Shown here piece after piece: positions 13,611 to 27,134 of a DNA stretch of 64,000 nt. The position numbers were made by a program, and so were the translations under genes. The notes below the pieces were generated by a model. It saw nothing but the letters and a program-made list of their open reading frames with translations. It was not told the origin of the DNA and did not search any database. Source of the DNA: the human T2T-CHM13v2.0 reference genome, Homo sapiens; the NCBI RefSeq assembly GCF_009914755.1, contig NC_060938.1. One strand, written 5' to 3'. How positions within the stretch are numbered: the stretch's first letter is position 1; every line of letters starts with the position of its first letter.

Positions 13611-14587
13611 TCCTTATACCTACTTGGCTCACACCTTCACCAAATAATTATTTCTTTAGATCTTCCCTTCTCAGTGAAGCTTTCCCTGAGTATCCTACTT
13701 AATACCTCAAACCCTTCCCACCTCATGATCCAATTGGCACTTCTGATCTATCTTGCTCTTGGTTATTCCCTTCTAATAATAGCCATTTTATAATATTCTG
13801 ATATATTACTTTCTTTTTTAATGTAGGTTACATTTTGGAGATAGAAGAGGGGCTGAGCAGGGGAGAAGGCTACTCTTCATGAAAATTTTATTTTTCCCTT
13901 TTAGAGATTAAAAACAAAAATTCTCTAAGTTAACTACATCCCTATGGCATCATACTTGAAGCTTCTACTGAGCTTTAATTTAAACATCAAATCGCCCCCA
14001 CATGGTAAATAAACAGCAGACAAATATCTGGTGACTTTGTAATGTCTTTTATGTTTTCCACAAGTTCAACTCCTCCATTCCTAACTATGGTTGCCACTAA
14101 GCACAGATTGTACCCACGTTATAAATGAGTCATTTTGTGGATTTACTTGAATTAGAGATGTCAGCAAATATTCCCCTTGGTCCTAGCCTGTCATTAGGGG
14201 AGGCCCGTTTGGAACCACAGAGACTCTACTAGTCCTACACATTTTTCCGGGGTTGAAACTCTGCTTACTTGGTATTTTTCCTGCAGCACTGTGAACTTCT
14301 TTCTTCTATAACTCCTCTTATTGATGGTTAAAACACAGGCACCAACCCTTCCCCCTCCATCTCTCTCCATACACAGCTTTTTCTGTACTCTCATCCTACT
14401 GATGCAGCAGCATCTGCCACCCTTTTTCACTCTACCATTGTGTCATTTAGAAACCCACTTCAGCAACTCTTCCACCTGGTCATCACGAATGAAACGAAAT
14501 TTTCCTCTCACAATTTCCTGTTCCTGGTAATTCTCTCCAGGGTTAAATCTTATTTAACCTCTACACATTGTTAATTGTCTACCAAGG

Positions 14588-14882
<295 letters not shown>

Positions 14883-15201
14883 TAATTTAAATTTCAAATT
14901 ACCCCCATGGCAAATAAATACCAGAAAAATATCTGGTAACTTCTTCTTACAATCCCTTGGTGTTTCCTAGAACTTTAGGGATCAAGTCAGGATTTGGTAT
15001 ATTCCTTGCAACATTCAGTTCAACCTTACTTGCACTGCTCAATAGACAAATCCTTTATTAAAAAATGACTTTCCCAAAATTCCTGAAAAGCTGTGGTATC
15101 TGCGTTTAGTTGAATGTCTTCATTCAGAATTATGCCTTTTTTGACGTCCTTGCTAGCCACTTCTCTCTTTTCTCATTTTAGTCATCTCTAGTGTTTTAAA
15201 A

Positions 15202-15713
15202 TGTAGGTTTGGTTATTATTCAGACTATTGAAAAGACAGTTTGTTATTTGTAATTCTCGAGAGGATAGGGAGGTCATGCCATGTAGTGCCACACAGGGAG
15301 GCACTGCGGTCAGGAGACAGAAGGAGTGAGGGGAGAACACAGTCACGTGCCATTATTGGGGTTTCTGTGGAAAGAAACAAATAAGGCAGAGTTAACAGTT
15401 TAGAAATGGCTAGTCTGAATAATTTCAACAGACTCTGGAGTATGGGGCTGTCCCTAGTTGCCTGGTCCCTGGCCCTGGGGTGATTAGAGCCAGTGGCTTG
15501 TGGTCCAGAGTATAAGAGCCCGATAAAGAAAATAGCTGAGGGGTTTGGGCTCCTGATTTGTTGGTTTGCATGTGAAAGACAGTTGCAGGCGAGTCCTTTA
15601 CTATTTTTAGGAATTGGCTCACCCAGGGAGGAGCAGACTCTCAAGGATCAGTAAGGCCCGAATGTGAAAGAAAATACAAATAATAATAATAATAAAAAAA
15701 ACGCAGTTAACAC
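15202..15713 (-). mobile_element. Old ERV-L-class LTR (MER54/MER74-like)
   Basis: TG...CA ends; core 'ttaacagtttagaaatggctagtctgaataatttcaacag..ctctgg..ggggctgtccctagttgcctgg' recalled from this group. Confidence 0.65.
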
Positions 15714-16269
15714 ATCTAGTCTCATATATTCTCTCCAACTTACCTAATGGTTGGATTTCTGTCTTCTTCTGCACATAACTCTCTCCTTTCCATTTCCCAC
15801 CCAGTTAACTTGATATTCTGTTTTTATACTTGGCAATTTAGCTTTCAACCAAGTCCCTAACCCCTCAGTTGTAATGATTGCCATCTTTACTAAAACCACC
15901 CAGATGAAGCACTATATTAGATTAATATGCGTCACATCAGTTTGGTTCTTGTTTTCCAAAATTGTCCTTTCCATCTGCATACCTCTTTTATTTTCCATTT
16001 GTTTACCCCACTCAAAAAGTTCTTCCTGTTTATTCAAGCCCATGACACCTGGGATTTCTCTCAATCCACCCTCTCCATTTTGAGTTCACAGACTTCTCCA
16101 CCACTTCCTATTAATTTCCAGATGCTACCGACTGACCTGCATGACATCTTCAGTTTAGCTACTCCCTTACACTCTCACTTCCATCATGTAGTGTGTAGGC
16201 CTGGTTGCTTCCCTTTATCTAGGACCAACAGGCTTATCCCTCCAACTCTCTAAATAGTTTACCCATGGC

Positions 16270-16697
16270 TGCTAGATTCATATTCCTTAAATAAAATTTC
16301 TATTATGAGACTCTCCTGTACAAATTCCTTCACTGACTTCCCTACATCCACTGAGGAAAAACAAAAAAACAAAAACAAACAAAAACAAAAACAACACAAA
16401 ACAACAAATAGATTATTCCCGGATCAGGATGAGTGGCCCTTCATGGTGTGGATTTTTACCCTCTTCTTTGATGAAGTTGGCTTTGATTTTCCCTGGCCAG
16501 ATACAAATTTTCTCTCCAAAGAACTGTGTAACTTTATGGAGGCACTCGTATTCTGTCTTGCTTCAATTATTTTGTATACCATTAGACAGTAAGCTTTTTT
16601 ATGACAGGGGCTTTATCTTATTCATCTTTGTGTTTTCTGTAGTGATTAGCAATAAGCCTTATAAATAGTAGGTGTTAATGATTATTTTTAATGAAAT
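16270..16697 (+). mobile_element. LINE-2 3' fragment
   Basis: L2 3' end 'ccattagacagtaagctt..gacaggggctttatcttattcatctttg...tagtaggtgttaat'. Confidence 0.7.
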
Positions 16698-17214
16698 AGC
16701 ATCTCAAAACACTATGGTAAGAATCCTGAGCACTCAGCTAAATCCTTAATTAGGTATCATTTAAAAAAATAAAGATAATTTACAAGTAATTGAACATACC
16801 CAAGCAATTACTCTACAAATGTTTGTTTGAATCAGTTTGAACTTCCAAATTGCCACATGCACCTTAGTTTGCTCTATATTTTGTATTATATGTGCTCCTT
16901 GTGCTTTTAACTGTACATTTAATATTTAGAAAAGGGTTAAACAAATGTGATGTGTTATATCCAAGGAAGGAGGGAAAGTGAGACAAACTAAGTCATTTGT
17001 ATAAAACCAAATAATTCTAAGACACAGAAATAATCAAATACATCATGAACTCCCACACATTGCAGCTTTTGAGGGGGTAGCCACATTATCTTGCCTAGAG
17101 ACAGTGAGGGGGCAGAGAACAGCGGAAAGTCTCATTTATGTTCCTGTACTGGGTAGACTGACCACTCCCTAGTTATCCATCAAGTGGAATCAGTGCAGGT
17201 GAGAGCAAGTAAGA

Positions 17215-18740
17215 AACAGAGTAATAGAATTTCAGAAGTCAGAAGGCTCTTAGAGGTCATCTGGTTCAATCTCCTGCCAGTAGCAGGAATCTTTTCTAAG
17301 TGCCATGGACATATGGCATGTTTTGAACACCCCACTGAGAGAGATGATTGCCCTATTGAGGGATCTCATTTCACTTTAGGACAGAGCTAATTATTAGGAA
17401 ATCCTTCTTTCTGTTGAGTTGAAATATGCTTCCTATAACTTTTACCCAGTGGCCCTCGTTCTATCCTCTTGAGTAACGCAGATTAGATTAAATTTATCTT
17501 TCTTATAATTGCGCTCAAAATAGCTGAAGCTCACTATCATGTCCTCTATCAGTCTTTTCTAGAGGCTGAATAAAAATCTCCATTTCTTACACAAACAACA
17601 ATTCCAAAGCACTTTATTTGCTTCTTGCATTTAGAATTTATATCATGTTAATTAGCATATTAATTTGTATGTATTTCTCTTCTCTTTCTTCCTATGCTTT
17701 GTGCTGAATTGAATTGAGGAAAAAAGATATTTTCTGAATCTTTTATTCTTCAGTCACCTTTCTCAAGATCTACCCCAGGTCTGCTATGTTTCCTTTAAAT
17801 ATAACTTCCAGAAGAGAAAGGGAACAGGGGAAGCAATATTCTCTTAAATGAATGACTTTACAATGATTTTAAAGGGAAATGTGGTGATATCAAGGGAGTT
17901 AAGACTATGATGAAATTATTTTAGAGGAAATAATATGGAGAGACCAGGAAAGACTTAGCACAGGACGCAAAGCCTGGAGGCCTCAAAGAGGGCTTGCCCA
18001 GGCATCTTTCCACCTGGGGTGCTGCCTTTCCCTCCTGTCTAGGCTATAAGACTCTGGCTGTCCCTCTGTCTGAATCCTAGGTAATTTGGGGTGACTATAA
18101 TTTCTCCTGATTATGCTGCTGTAGTTTCCTCTAGTTACAACTTGATTAATAGAATGAAGCTGGTATTCATGGCCTACAGAGAGGGCAAGGTCAACTAGGG
18201 CCTTTAGGATTTGACCTCCTGAACCTCACTTGACATAGTGATACAAATTGAAGAAGTATCCAGTATCCCAAAATACTAAATGGAGTGCTTGGCTTTTATT
18301 TCTGCTAAATTTTATCATGTTAATTTTTGTCTTTTTTTTTTGTTCAATCCCTTAAGAATCACTTATGGCTTGATTCTCTTCTCCAGTGAAAATTTCTGTC
18401 ATCTTTCATCTGATAAGTATGACATGTATGTCTTAATCTAAGTGTTAGATAAAGTCACTGAATAGGGTGGAACCAAGAACTAGATCCATGAGTCTGCCAT
18501 TTGGACCTCCTTCCAGACAGACGTAGACACTTTAATCAATATTATTTAGGTTTCATTGTCCTGTTCTTTGCGAAAAGTTGTGACAGTGTTATTAGTCAGC
18601 AAATATTTCCTCATTTTGCCAACAAGGATGTCCTAGAAGCTTTTGTAAAAGCCTTGCTGAAGTCTGGATATGGTGTGACTACAGCATTGTTTTAAAAATT
18701 TTCTTATGAAAAGGAAAAATATGTGTATTTTGTTGGAATA
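17215..18740 (-). mobile_element. CR1/L3 LINE relic in two pieces (~17215-17582 and ~18288-18740)
   Basis: Antisense CR1 3' end 'atagaatttcagaagtcagaagg..cttagaggtcatctggttcaa'; the minus strand at ~18590-18690 translates (one frameshift) to NAVVTPYPDFSKAF..DILVGKMRKY, the non-LTR RT motif YLDFSKAFD. Confidence 0.8.
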
Positions 18741-18852
18741 AGCCTATTCTTATACCTAAGAATCATTACATTTTCATCTTTATGTGTACACCAATGCCAC
18801 ATGTGTATCATTTACTCTATTGGTGTGCAAGCAAAACATATTAATTTCATTA

Positions 18853-19194
<342 letters not shown>

Positions 19195-19365
19195 TTATTT
19201 TCATGTAGTGATTTTTGCCTTCTGAACATCTTTAGGCAGTAACTTCATAATCATAACTCAAGGTTCATTTAACATCGTGATTTAACTTATTGTGGACTGG
19301 AAATTTATTTAATTTTTTATGGTGCACTCAGATTTCTAAGTAGTTCTAGAAAATCCCCATTGGCT

Positions 19366-19545
19366 GGAACTGTACAAATAGAACTTTTTATGATGTTGAA
19401 AATGTTCTATTACTCTGTCGTCCAGCACAGCAGCCACTGGTAACACATAGCTATTGAGCACTTGAAATATAACTAGAGCAACTGAGAGAGTGAATTTTAA
19501 ATTTGATTAATTTTAATTAAACTTTAAATAGCCATGTGTGGCTAT
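19366..19545. mobile_element. MER3-like hAT-Charlie MITE
   Basis: 'aatagaacttt.tatgatgttgaaaatgttcta...gctattgagcacttgaaat...tttaaatagccatgtgtggcta'. Confidence 0.8.
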
Positions 19546-21334
19546 TAAAACTGAAAAGCTTCTGAATAAAGGTGTTGTTCAACACAATTCTAGAATGCTG
19601 GACCTTTTATGAACAGCACGTTTATTCAGAAGCCTCTCATCTGATTACTGGAATTCTTTGTGATTGTATAGTCAGATTTTTAAAATTTTTTAGCAAGGCT
19701 CTCATCATGACATTACCTCTATTACTGAAGATGTTTAAAATCTGCTTTTCTTGGTATATACAGATATTTCTACTTTCTGCTCCTCTTCAGGCTTCCTAGA
19801 ACAAAAATGTTAACATCAGGCACGGTACTCAGGAAGAAAACTATTTCAGCCACAGATGGCTGAATTCTACCAAAAGGAATCGGCCCCCGCTCTTCATTCT
19901 TTCAATTTGCAGAGATAAATTCCTAAGATTTCAGGGGCTGGATACAGTCTTGAGAGTTAGAGAAATATCTTCAATTAGAAGAGTACAAGATGTTAATAAG
20001 AAATTAATGCTTACTACAGGTACACGTTTCTTACATAAATTATTTAAAGATTGGAGCCACAGAGTGTTATAAAGAGAAATTATTGCTTTACCAGGGCTCT
20101 GATATAATAAGAACTGGAAAAGTTTTACACAGGGTTATATTGGGAAACATGGCTTACATCCACATCTTTGACTTTGTAGCCTAGGTTGCTAGATGGGCAT
20201 GTCTTATAAGACGTGTGCGTATGTACATAGGAACACATAGAATCATTTAAGCATGTGTAGGCAAATCCATGTCTATAATGGCATAAGTTTATTCCTACAT
20301 CTGAGTTTATATTCCACATTTTTTTATAAATAATTAATTCTTGTGACAAGAAAACCAGGAGTCATCCCACAATATGTTAACTGTGAAACAGTTGTGGGAA
20401 CTGAATGTTTTATCCTCAGAAATTCACAGATTGCCAACAAGGGGCAATAATCATACCCTGCTTGGCAGTTTTGACTGTGGAGAATGTCATGCCACCCTGG
20501 ACTCCCTCCGATGTGACTTTCCTATGTGAAGTAGAGGTTAAGTCAGTCTTTAACTGCCTAGTTGTGACAAATCTCAGATGCCACATGCCCTCAACCTCTG
20601 TTTTCCTGCTAATAGACTTGAGGGATTAGCAAAGTGACCAGACCAATCTCCTCAGGATGTTTGTGGGAAAATGTATTGGTAAGTGATCAAGCGTTCTGAA
20701 AAAATAATGCCTAAGTAAAGTGCTAAGTCTTGTTTTATGCCTCCTGATACAACCCACTTACTGGTTCAGTCCCCTTATTTTTTGACACAGTTGGAGGAGG
20801 AAAAATTAACTCTGGCGACTGTATTCTAAGTAATTACTGATTACTCCATAGCTTCTCAGAAAATTATGCAGGATGGAAAATGAAACCAGTGACCCATAGG
20901 TGTTTTCTAGTGTTTGTGGCGAACACACAGCTGCACCCCAGCTCTCTTTACACCTTTGTTGCTTTACTGTCTCTAGCCAGGGAGGATCGATCATAGTACT
21001 TGAATTCAGAGAAAGGAGCCTGAGGCCTATATCTTTGCATCACGACACTAACGGATCCTGAACTTGAGGAGAGAACAATTAATTCTTAGGCCAGCTAGGC
21101 AGCAGAGGCTTCCAGAGCTGACTTCTTTTGTGTGTCCTGAAACCAACCATCACGTATCTATCCTTGGCTCCTTTTTGAAAGGGAAAACATATATAGAGCA
21201 GGAGGAAAATAGAGAATGTGAGTGAACTCCCCTCCCACCCAATGTCTTTATGTCCTATTGTTTGGCATATACTCAACCTCTGTGGTAAATGTCCCCCAAG
21301 AAGGTGGGCAAGCCTCTTAATAAGGAGTACTATT

Positions 21335-21503
21335 TCTTTTCTTCTCCCTTCCTTCCCGTCCTCCCCCTCTCCATCCCTCCCTCCTTCCTTCCTTCTTCCT
21401 TCCTTTCTTCCCTCCCTCCTTCCTTCCTTCTTCCTTTCTTCCCTCCCTCCTTCCTTCCTTCTTCCTTTCTTCCCTCCCTCCTTCCTTCCTTCTTTCCTTC
21501 CCC
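21335..21503. repeat. Polypyrimidine (CCTT/CCCT) tract with a 31-bp higher-order unit
   Basis: Pure C/T from ~21374; unit TCCCTCCCTCCTTCCTTCCTTCTTCCTTTCT repeated about 4 times. Confidence 0.93.
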
Positions 21504-22824
21504 ATCCTGCTGTCCTACTTCCTAAATATTGACTGAGTACCTACCATGGGTCAGGCATCATGTTAAATGGTGGTGACTGTATAAAGGACATAGAGATCAA
21601 GAAGGTGTCCTCGTGAAGCCAATATTCTCTGAACTGTTGCTGTTCCTTCTCCGTATTTCTCCTGTCACCCCAACCCAGGACCTTGAAAATAAGAAGTGCT
21701 GATTTTAGTCGAGGGAGGAAGATTTACTAGAATCACAACTGAATTTGGGATAGGAGGAGAAGCCCAAATGAATAAAAGGAAGCAAGGCATTAAGAGTCTT
21801 TAAGTAGCACATTTAAAGGTTGGCTGCTTTTGTGTTAAAGCCATTAGACATGATTAACACTCTGGCAACTCAGTAAATAAGAGCTTTAGTTCTTTTCAAA
21901 GAATTCTGGGTGGTGGGTGGAGAGAGAAGAAGGAGAAACATAATTAGGGGGTAGGTGAAGAGGCAGGAGGGCCCTTCCAAAGCCTTTACTTGGGGGACTT
22001 GCTTTCTTAACATGCAACCCAGCCAGTTCACCCTTCCATTGTTACATGCTAAATGATGCTTTATTCTTGTTCCATAATTGACGGAGATTATAGTTTAGAA
22101 GTAATATTTAAAAATGGATTATCTAAATGTATACTGCTTATTATGTTGGCTCAGTACATTATGTGTATAGGTTGCAAAGAATTTTAGGGATTAAGTTGTA
22201 ATTAATTTTTTATCACTTGAATTCTGTATATTGTTTCCCATGCCCCTGTGGCTGTAGTATTCTCTAACAGGATTTTTTGGAAGATAACAGAATATTTTTA
22301 TCCAACAGCTAAGAAATATCACTTGGTACAACTCATATAAAGCCAACCTAGATGAAGATAGACTTAGAAAAAGGAACAGTTTTTCTTCACAAAATTCCTT
22401 TCTAAATTTATTGTAGGATTACTTGAACTAGCTCTTTAAACTATTTTTTTTAACTGAAAAGTTGGGCCTGAAAAATGAGTAGTGGTGGAATTTGTCTTCA
22501 TAAAAATGTAAGTAATAAGCTGGATACACATCATAGGCTCTTAATATTTACCAAATTGGTCATAAATGAGAGGTTTCTTTACCATGACAATTACTTTTTA
22601 CACTATAATATATTCAAATTGAGGGCTTTGTTGGATTAATGCAGTATTCTAACGGCATCCTGGAAAGGTTCTATGTTGTGGACTTCTATTTTTATAAAAT
22701 AAATGTCCAGTTACTGAAGAGCCACAACACCATGCCCAAACACTAAAAGAAATTGTATTCAAACTGGATTTTTCTGCGATGATCTGATTTTAAACAAACA
22801 GCCCTATTATCTCTATAATTACTC

Positions 22825-23876
22825 TATCGACAATCTTAAATTTGACCTGAGCCCTGTGCTCTTAGAAAAGAGCAAAGTGTGACAAATCCTCTCATTCTTT
22901 GTGTTCCCAGAAAGGGCTTAGTGCAAAGAACCACCCTTTCCCGTATGACTTAGATAAGACTCATGAAAACATGCCTTGTTTACCTTTGACAAGGCCAGAC
23001 ATAAACCCTCTAAATTCCCGTTCTTCACCACGTAAATGATTAGCTGAATTGCTCTGCCTGCACTAATCAATCAAAACCATCTGTTGGTTAAACCAACTTT
23101 AGGTTAAGTTTCCCTCCTTCTATCACATTACTAAACTATGGCCCATCTTCAGCCTGAGCTTGCACACAACCCCTCCTTGATAGCACCTACCCAACTGAGG
23201 ATAGGGGATACTGAGGACTCATGATAAAATGTTCTCTGGCCCAGTGTCCCATCACACCACCTTTTATTCAGCTTCCCCACACTTGGATTTTTGTAGCTAT
23301 GAGCCTTAGTCTGTTTTGTGCTGCATACCTGAGACTGGGTAATTTATAAAAAACAAGTGTATTGGCTTACAGTTCTGGAGACTGGGAAGTCTAAGATCAA
23401 GGCTCTGGCAGGTTTGGGTCTGGTGAGGCCATTCTTTTCTTCCAAGATAGTGCCTTACATGCTACATCCTCTAGAGAGGAGGAGCACTGGATCCTCACGT
23501 GGCAAAAAGCAGAGGAGCCAAGGCAAAAATTTGAATTTGCCCTTTTATATTGGCATTACTCCCACCCTCCATCTTCATGAGCTAACCACCTTTTAAAGGT
23601 CCTCCTCTTAACTATTACAATGATAGTTAAATATCAACATGAGTTTTAGAGAGAACAACCATTCAAACAGTTCCACTGTGTTCACTCCTCTCTATAAAAG
23701 AAAAATCCTTTTTGCCTAACTCTTGAGGTGTTTACAGATCTTATAATCAGAATGTTCTTCCTATTGCAATAGTACCCCTCTCTCTATTGCAATTGTTGCC
23801 CCACAGGTATTCCTTGCAATAGTTCTTTTGAATAAAGTTTCTCCTTACCAAGTCCAGATTTATTTTTTATTTGACA
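22825..23876 (+). mobile_element. ERV1 MER4-group LTR (MER67/MER31-like), split by a MaLR LTR
   Basis: U3 'gacttagataagactcatg..ccttgtttacc..tgacaaggccagaca'; 3' part with TATA 'ctataaaag', 'ctattgcaatag', AATAAA and terminal TTTGACA. 5' boundary approximate. Confidence 0.65.
23300..23676 (-). mobile_element. MaLR LTR (MSTC/D or MLT1A-like)
   Basis: 'cttagtctgttttgtgctgc..tacctgagactgggtaatttataaa...cagttctggagactgggaagtctaagatcaagg...caacatgagtttt'. Confidence 0.82.
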
Positions 23877-24480
23877 TTATTTATACTTGTCAGATATTAT
23901 ATCCTCCGAAACTCAGAGAAACTAAAATACTTCCAGAGGACCTTCAGGAAAATAAATCAGATATAATTTTTTTTGTGGTATTTAATGTTTTAGAATAAAT
24001 TAAGATGATAGGGTAACAAAAACCCTAGTTTCTCATATAGTCTACACTCAGAAATTCCCCATCCTGCCTCTATCTGGCCATATTTTGTTTACTACTTTAA
24101 ACTAATGGGCTCTGTGTACCCATTTTCTTCTTGAAAACAGAGTATATAATAGGCCTTAGGCACTGAGGATTTGTTTCTAGTTTTATTATTAAAACCATTA
24201 AAACCTATAGAATAAAGTAACCTTTGGTTTTGCTAAGGCACCAATTTGAAGCTTACCTTCTCTGAAACTGGTGTGAGTGGAGTGAGAAATTTAGCCACCA
24301 GAACTTCACTGTGTCTTTATTGTCAAGAAACAGTGTTAATGGGGAAATAATATTTTAGTTATGTTCACATATTTTGGTATTACATTGGAATGTTGACTTT
24401 CTGCTGTAGTGGAGAAAAACATTTTATTCCACCGTCCTAGGTTCTATTGTTGGAGCCTGTGAATTAAACTGACAAAAGGT

Positions 24481-24845
24481 GGTCAGGCCAATGGTTCACA
24501 CCTGTAATCCCAGCACTTTGGGAGGCTGAGGCGGGCAGATCACCTGAGGTCAGGAGTTTGAGACCAGCCTTGCCAAAATGGTGAAACCTCTTCTATACTA
24601 AAAATATAAAAAAAATTAGTCAGGCGTGGTGGCGGGTGCCTGTAATCCCAGCTACTCGGGAGGCTGAGGCACAAGAATCACCTGAACCTGGGAGGTTCAG
24701 GTGCCCAGCATGCATTAGCTATTTTTCCTAATAACAAAGGGTGATAAATTTATGGAGAAGCGGCTTGGAGTGAGCTGAGATTGCGCCACTACACTCCAAC
24801 CTGGGCGACAGAGCGAGACTCCATCTGCAAAAATAAATAAATAAA
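24481..24845 (+). mobile_element. AluS SINE containing a 63-bp foreign insert
   Basis: Alu dimer with (AAAT)n tail; TSD TAAACTGACAA(A/T)AGG at 24465-24479 and 24846-24860; non-Alu insert at 24703-24765. Confidence 0.95.
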
Positions 24846-24997
24846 TAAACTGACAATAGGCAAATTTGTAGCAGAAAAGGCATATACATCTTATTTTTAA
24901 CTGTATGTGCACAGGAGCCCGCACAGAAAAGGAGTGGAAACCTAAAGATGTGGTTAGATCTGGGGCTTATATACCACTTTAACAAAGGGCAATAAAC

Positions 24998-25155
24998 TTT
25001 TTTTAAATTTTAAATTTTAATTTTAAGTTCTGGGGTAAATGTGCAGGATGTGCACATGTTAAAAACATAGGTAAACGTGTGCCATGGTGGTTTGCTGCAC
25101 CTATCAACCCATCACCTAGGTATTAAGCCCAACATGCATTAGCTATTTTTCCTAA
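24998..25155 (-). mobile_element. Short 5'-truncated L1PA (older primate) 3' end
   Basis: 'ttttaagttctgggg...gtgccatggtggtttgctgcacctatcaacccatcacctaggtattaagccc' is an antisense L1PA 3'UTR; 20-bp TSD 24980-24999 vs 25156-25175 (17/20 identical). Confidence 0.92.
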
Positions 25156-26560
25156 TAACAAAGGGTGATAAATTTATGGAGAAGCAGCTAGACAAAGGAA
25201 AAGAAGTTTGGGCTCCTAGGAGCAGTGAGTTGTGAAGAAAGACTAGAAAATATATATGAGATAAGGGTTGTTAAGTTTGTTATACACATAAGAGTCATTG
25301 CTCTTTTCCTGGTACAAGAAAGAGAAACACTTTTGCAAATAGAAATTTATGTCACTTTTACAAAGGGTAATTTATGTCCTGCTTTAGGCAGAAAACAGGG
25401 AGGGCAGAGGGGAGCGATCTCTTCCATGTCTGCTATTTCTTAATTACCTTTAACTCAAAATAATCCTTTTGCCAAAGTGGCATATTTTGGAGTGGTATTT
25501 TCTAATCCCCTTCAGTGCTATTTTCATTACTTCCCTCATCACTCAGGACAGTTCTTTATGTGCCAATATACATTTCCTTCAATGTTTAGTAAAAACAGCA
25601 GACATTTCCTTCAATATATTAGTAAAAACAATTTTATTGCAGGGCCTCTCACTGCAGATCAAGAGGTAAAACCATTTTGTGGCTCTTAGTATTGGGTTGA
25701 TAGCACAGCAGACAATAGGTAAATAAGGAGGATTTTCCTCCTGATTCCTTCCCCAAGGTCAGAGCAGGAAAAGAGTGCTTTTACTTTGCAGAACATTCTT
25801 CATATGACTGTTCCCTATCCCGTTGGGCTTAATTCTGTTCTTAATGAGCTGCACACCTGTGTCCCTGGCTGGCTGCCCTCCACACAGTGGGAAGAGGTGA
25901 GGGAGGGTGACTTCCTCCTTCATCCTGAGCCCTAGGATTCAGAGCTGTGTCTGCCTGTATTTTGTTGAACATCCCAAGCGTGGGTGGTATTCTGAATATC
26001 TTCCCATTATGCTAAGCAGCTAACATCGACTTTGTTATGCAGATTGAGGTTAAAGATAGTGAAATTTCTCAGTTATATCCAGGCTTACCACAACCAAGCA
26101 AACTTTCCAATTGCACAACATATTGAAGAAAACTATGCCTGAGTTGTTTCTGTTTTTGTTTTTTAAATTTCCTGGCTAGTGGATACTGAGCTCAAGTCAA
26201 AGAAGATGGTGGTAAAGATTACCCATGCCTTGGGGTTTGGGGAAATGGCCTCACAATAAAAAATGCAAAATGAGTCCTGAGAGCTGTCACAGACTTACCC
26301 CAGCCCATCATTCTTTGTGGGGCATTCAAATAATGATCTTGGGTGAGGATGGAGAGGAATAGTAGCAGCTCAGATTTCTATTTGACCATTATCATATCTC
26401 AAGAAAATGCCTAGATGGATTTTTACCAAATTTAGATGGTATATTTGGGATAGTAGAACCCAAAATGTACCCTATGTGAGACATGCATAATTTACTTCAG
26501 GGGGCCTTGAGAGGACCTTAAAAAGATGAACAGTCTTTCTCTGGAGAACCCGAAACTGGG

Positions 26561-26919
26561 TATATTAGTCCGTTTTCATGCTTCTGATAAAGACATACCT
26601 GAGACTGGGCAATTTACAAAAGAAAGAGGTTTAATGGAGAACTCACAGTTCCACATGGCTAGGGAGGCCTCACCATCATGGCAGAAAGGCAAGGAGGAGC
26701 GTCACATCTTACGTGGATGGAGGCAGGCAAAATGAGGGAGAACTTGTGCAGGGGAATGCCTCTTTTTAAACCGTCAGGTCTCATGAGAGTTATTCACTGT
26801 TATGAGAACAGCATAGGAAAGACTTGCCCCCATGATTCAATTACCTCCCACCGAGTCCCTCCCACAACATGTGGGAATTCAAGATGAGATTTGGGTGGGG
26901 ATGAAGTCAAACCATACCA
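26561..26919 (-). mobile_element. THE1 (A/B-like) MaLR solo LTR
   Basis: Antisense THE1 'tattagtccgttttcatgc..tgataaagacatacc...gagatttgggtgggga...aaaccatacca'; perfect TSD CTGGG at 26556-26560 and 26920-26924. Confidence 0.95.
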
Positions 26920-27134
26920 CTGGGGCATAATTAAAAGTCTGGTGGTGGACCATATCTGTAGAGACTTGCCAGATATGTTAAAATGTGGAGGGAAAAGAAA
27001 GCCTGGTGTCTGCAGTGTGACCCCAAAATCTGAAGTCCTAGAAGGACACTGATTGTGACTGCTGGTTTGTGAATGTGTTTCTCCCCAAGGGAGCAACGCT
27101 ATGCAGCATCATCTGCAGAGAGGGACACCCTGGG

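Larger units (their letters stand above)
24405..25514 (-). mobile_element. MER34-like ERV1 solo LTR carrying Alu and L1 insertions
   Basis: Right end reverse-complements to TGAAGGGGATTAGAAAATACCACTCCAAAATATGCCACTTTGGC (MER34-type start); 4-bp TSD CTGC/GTGC. Confidence 0.78.
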
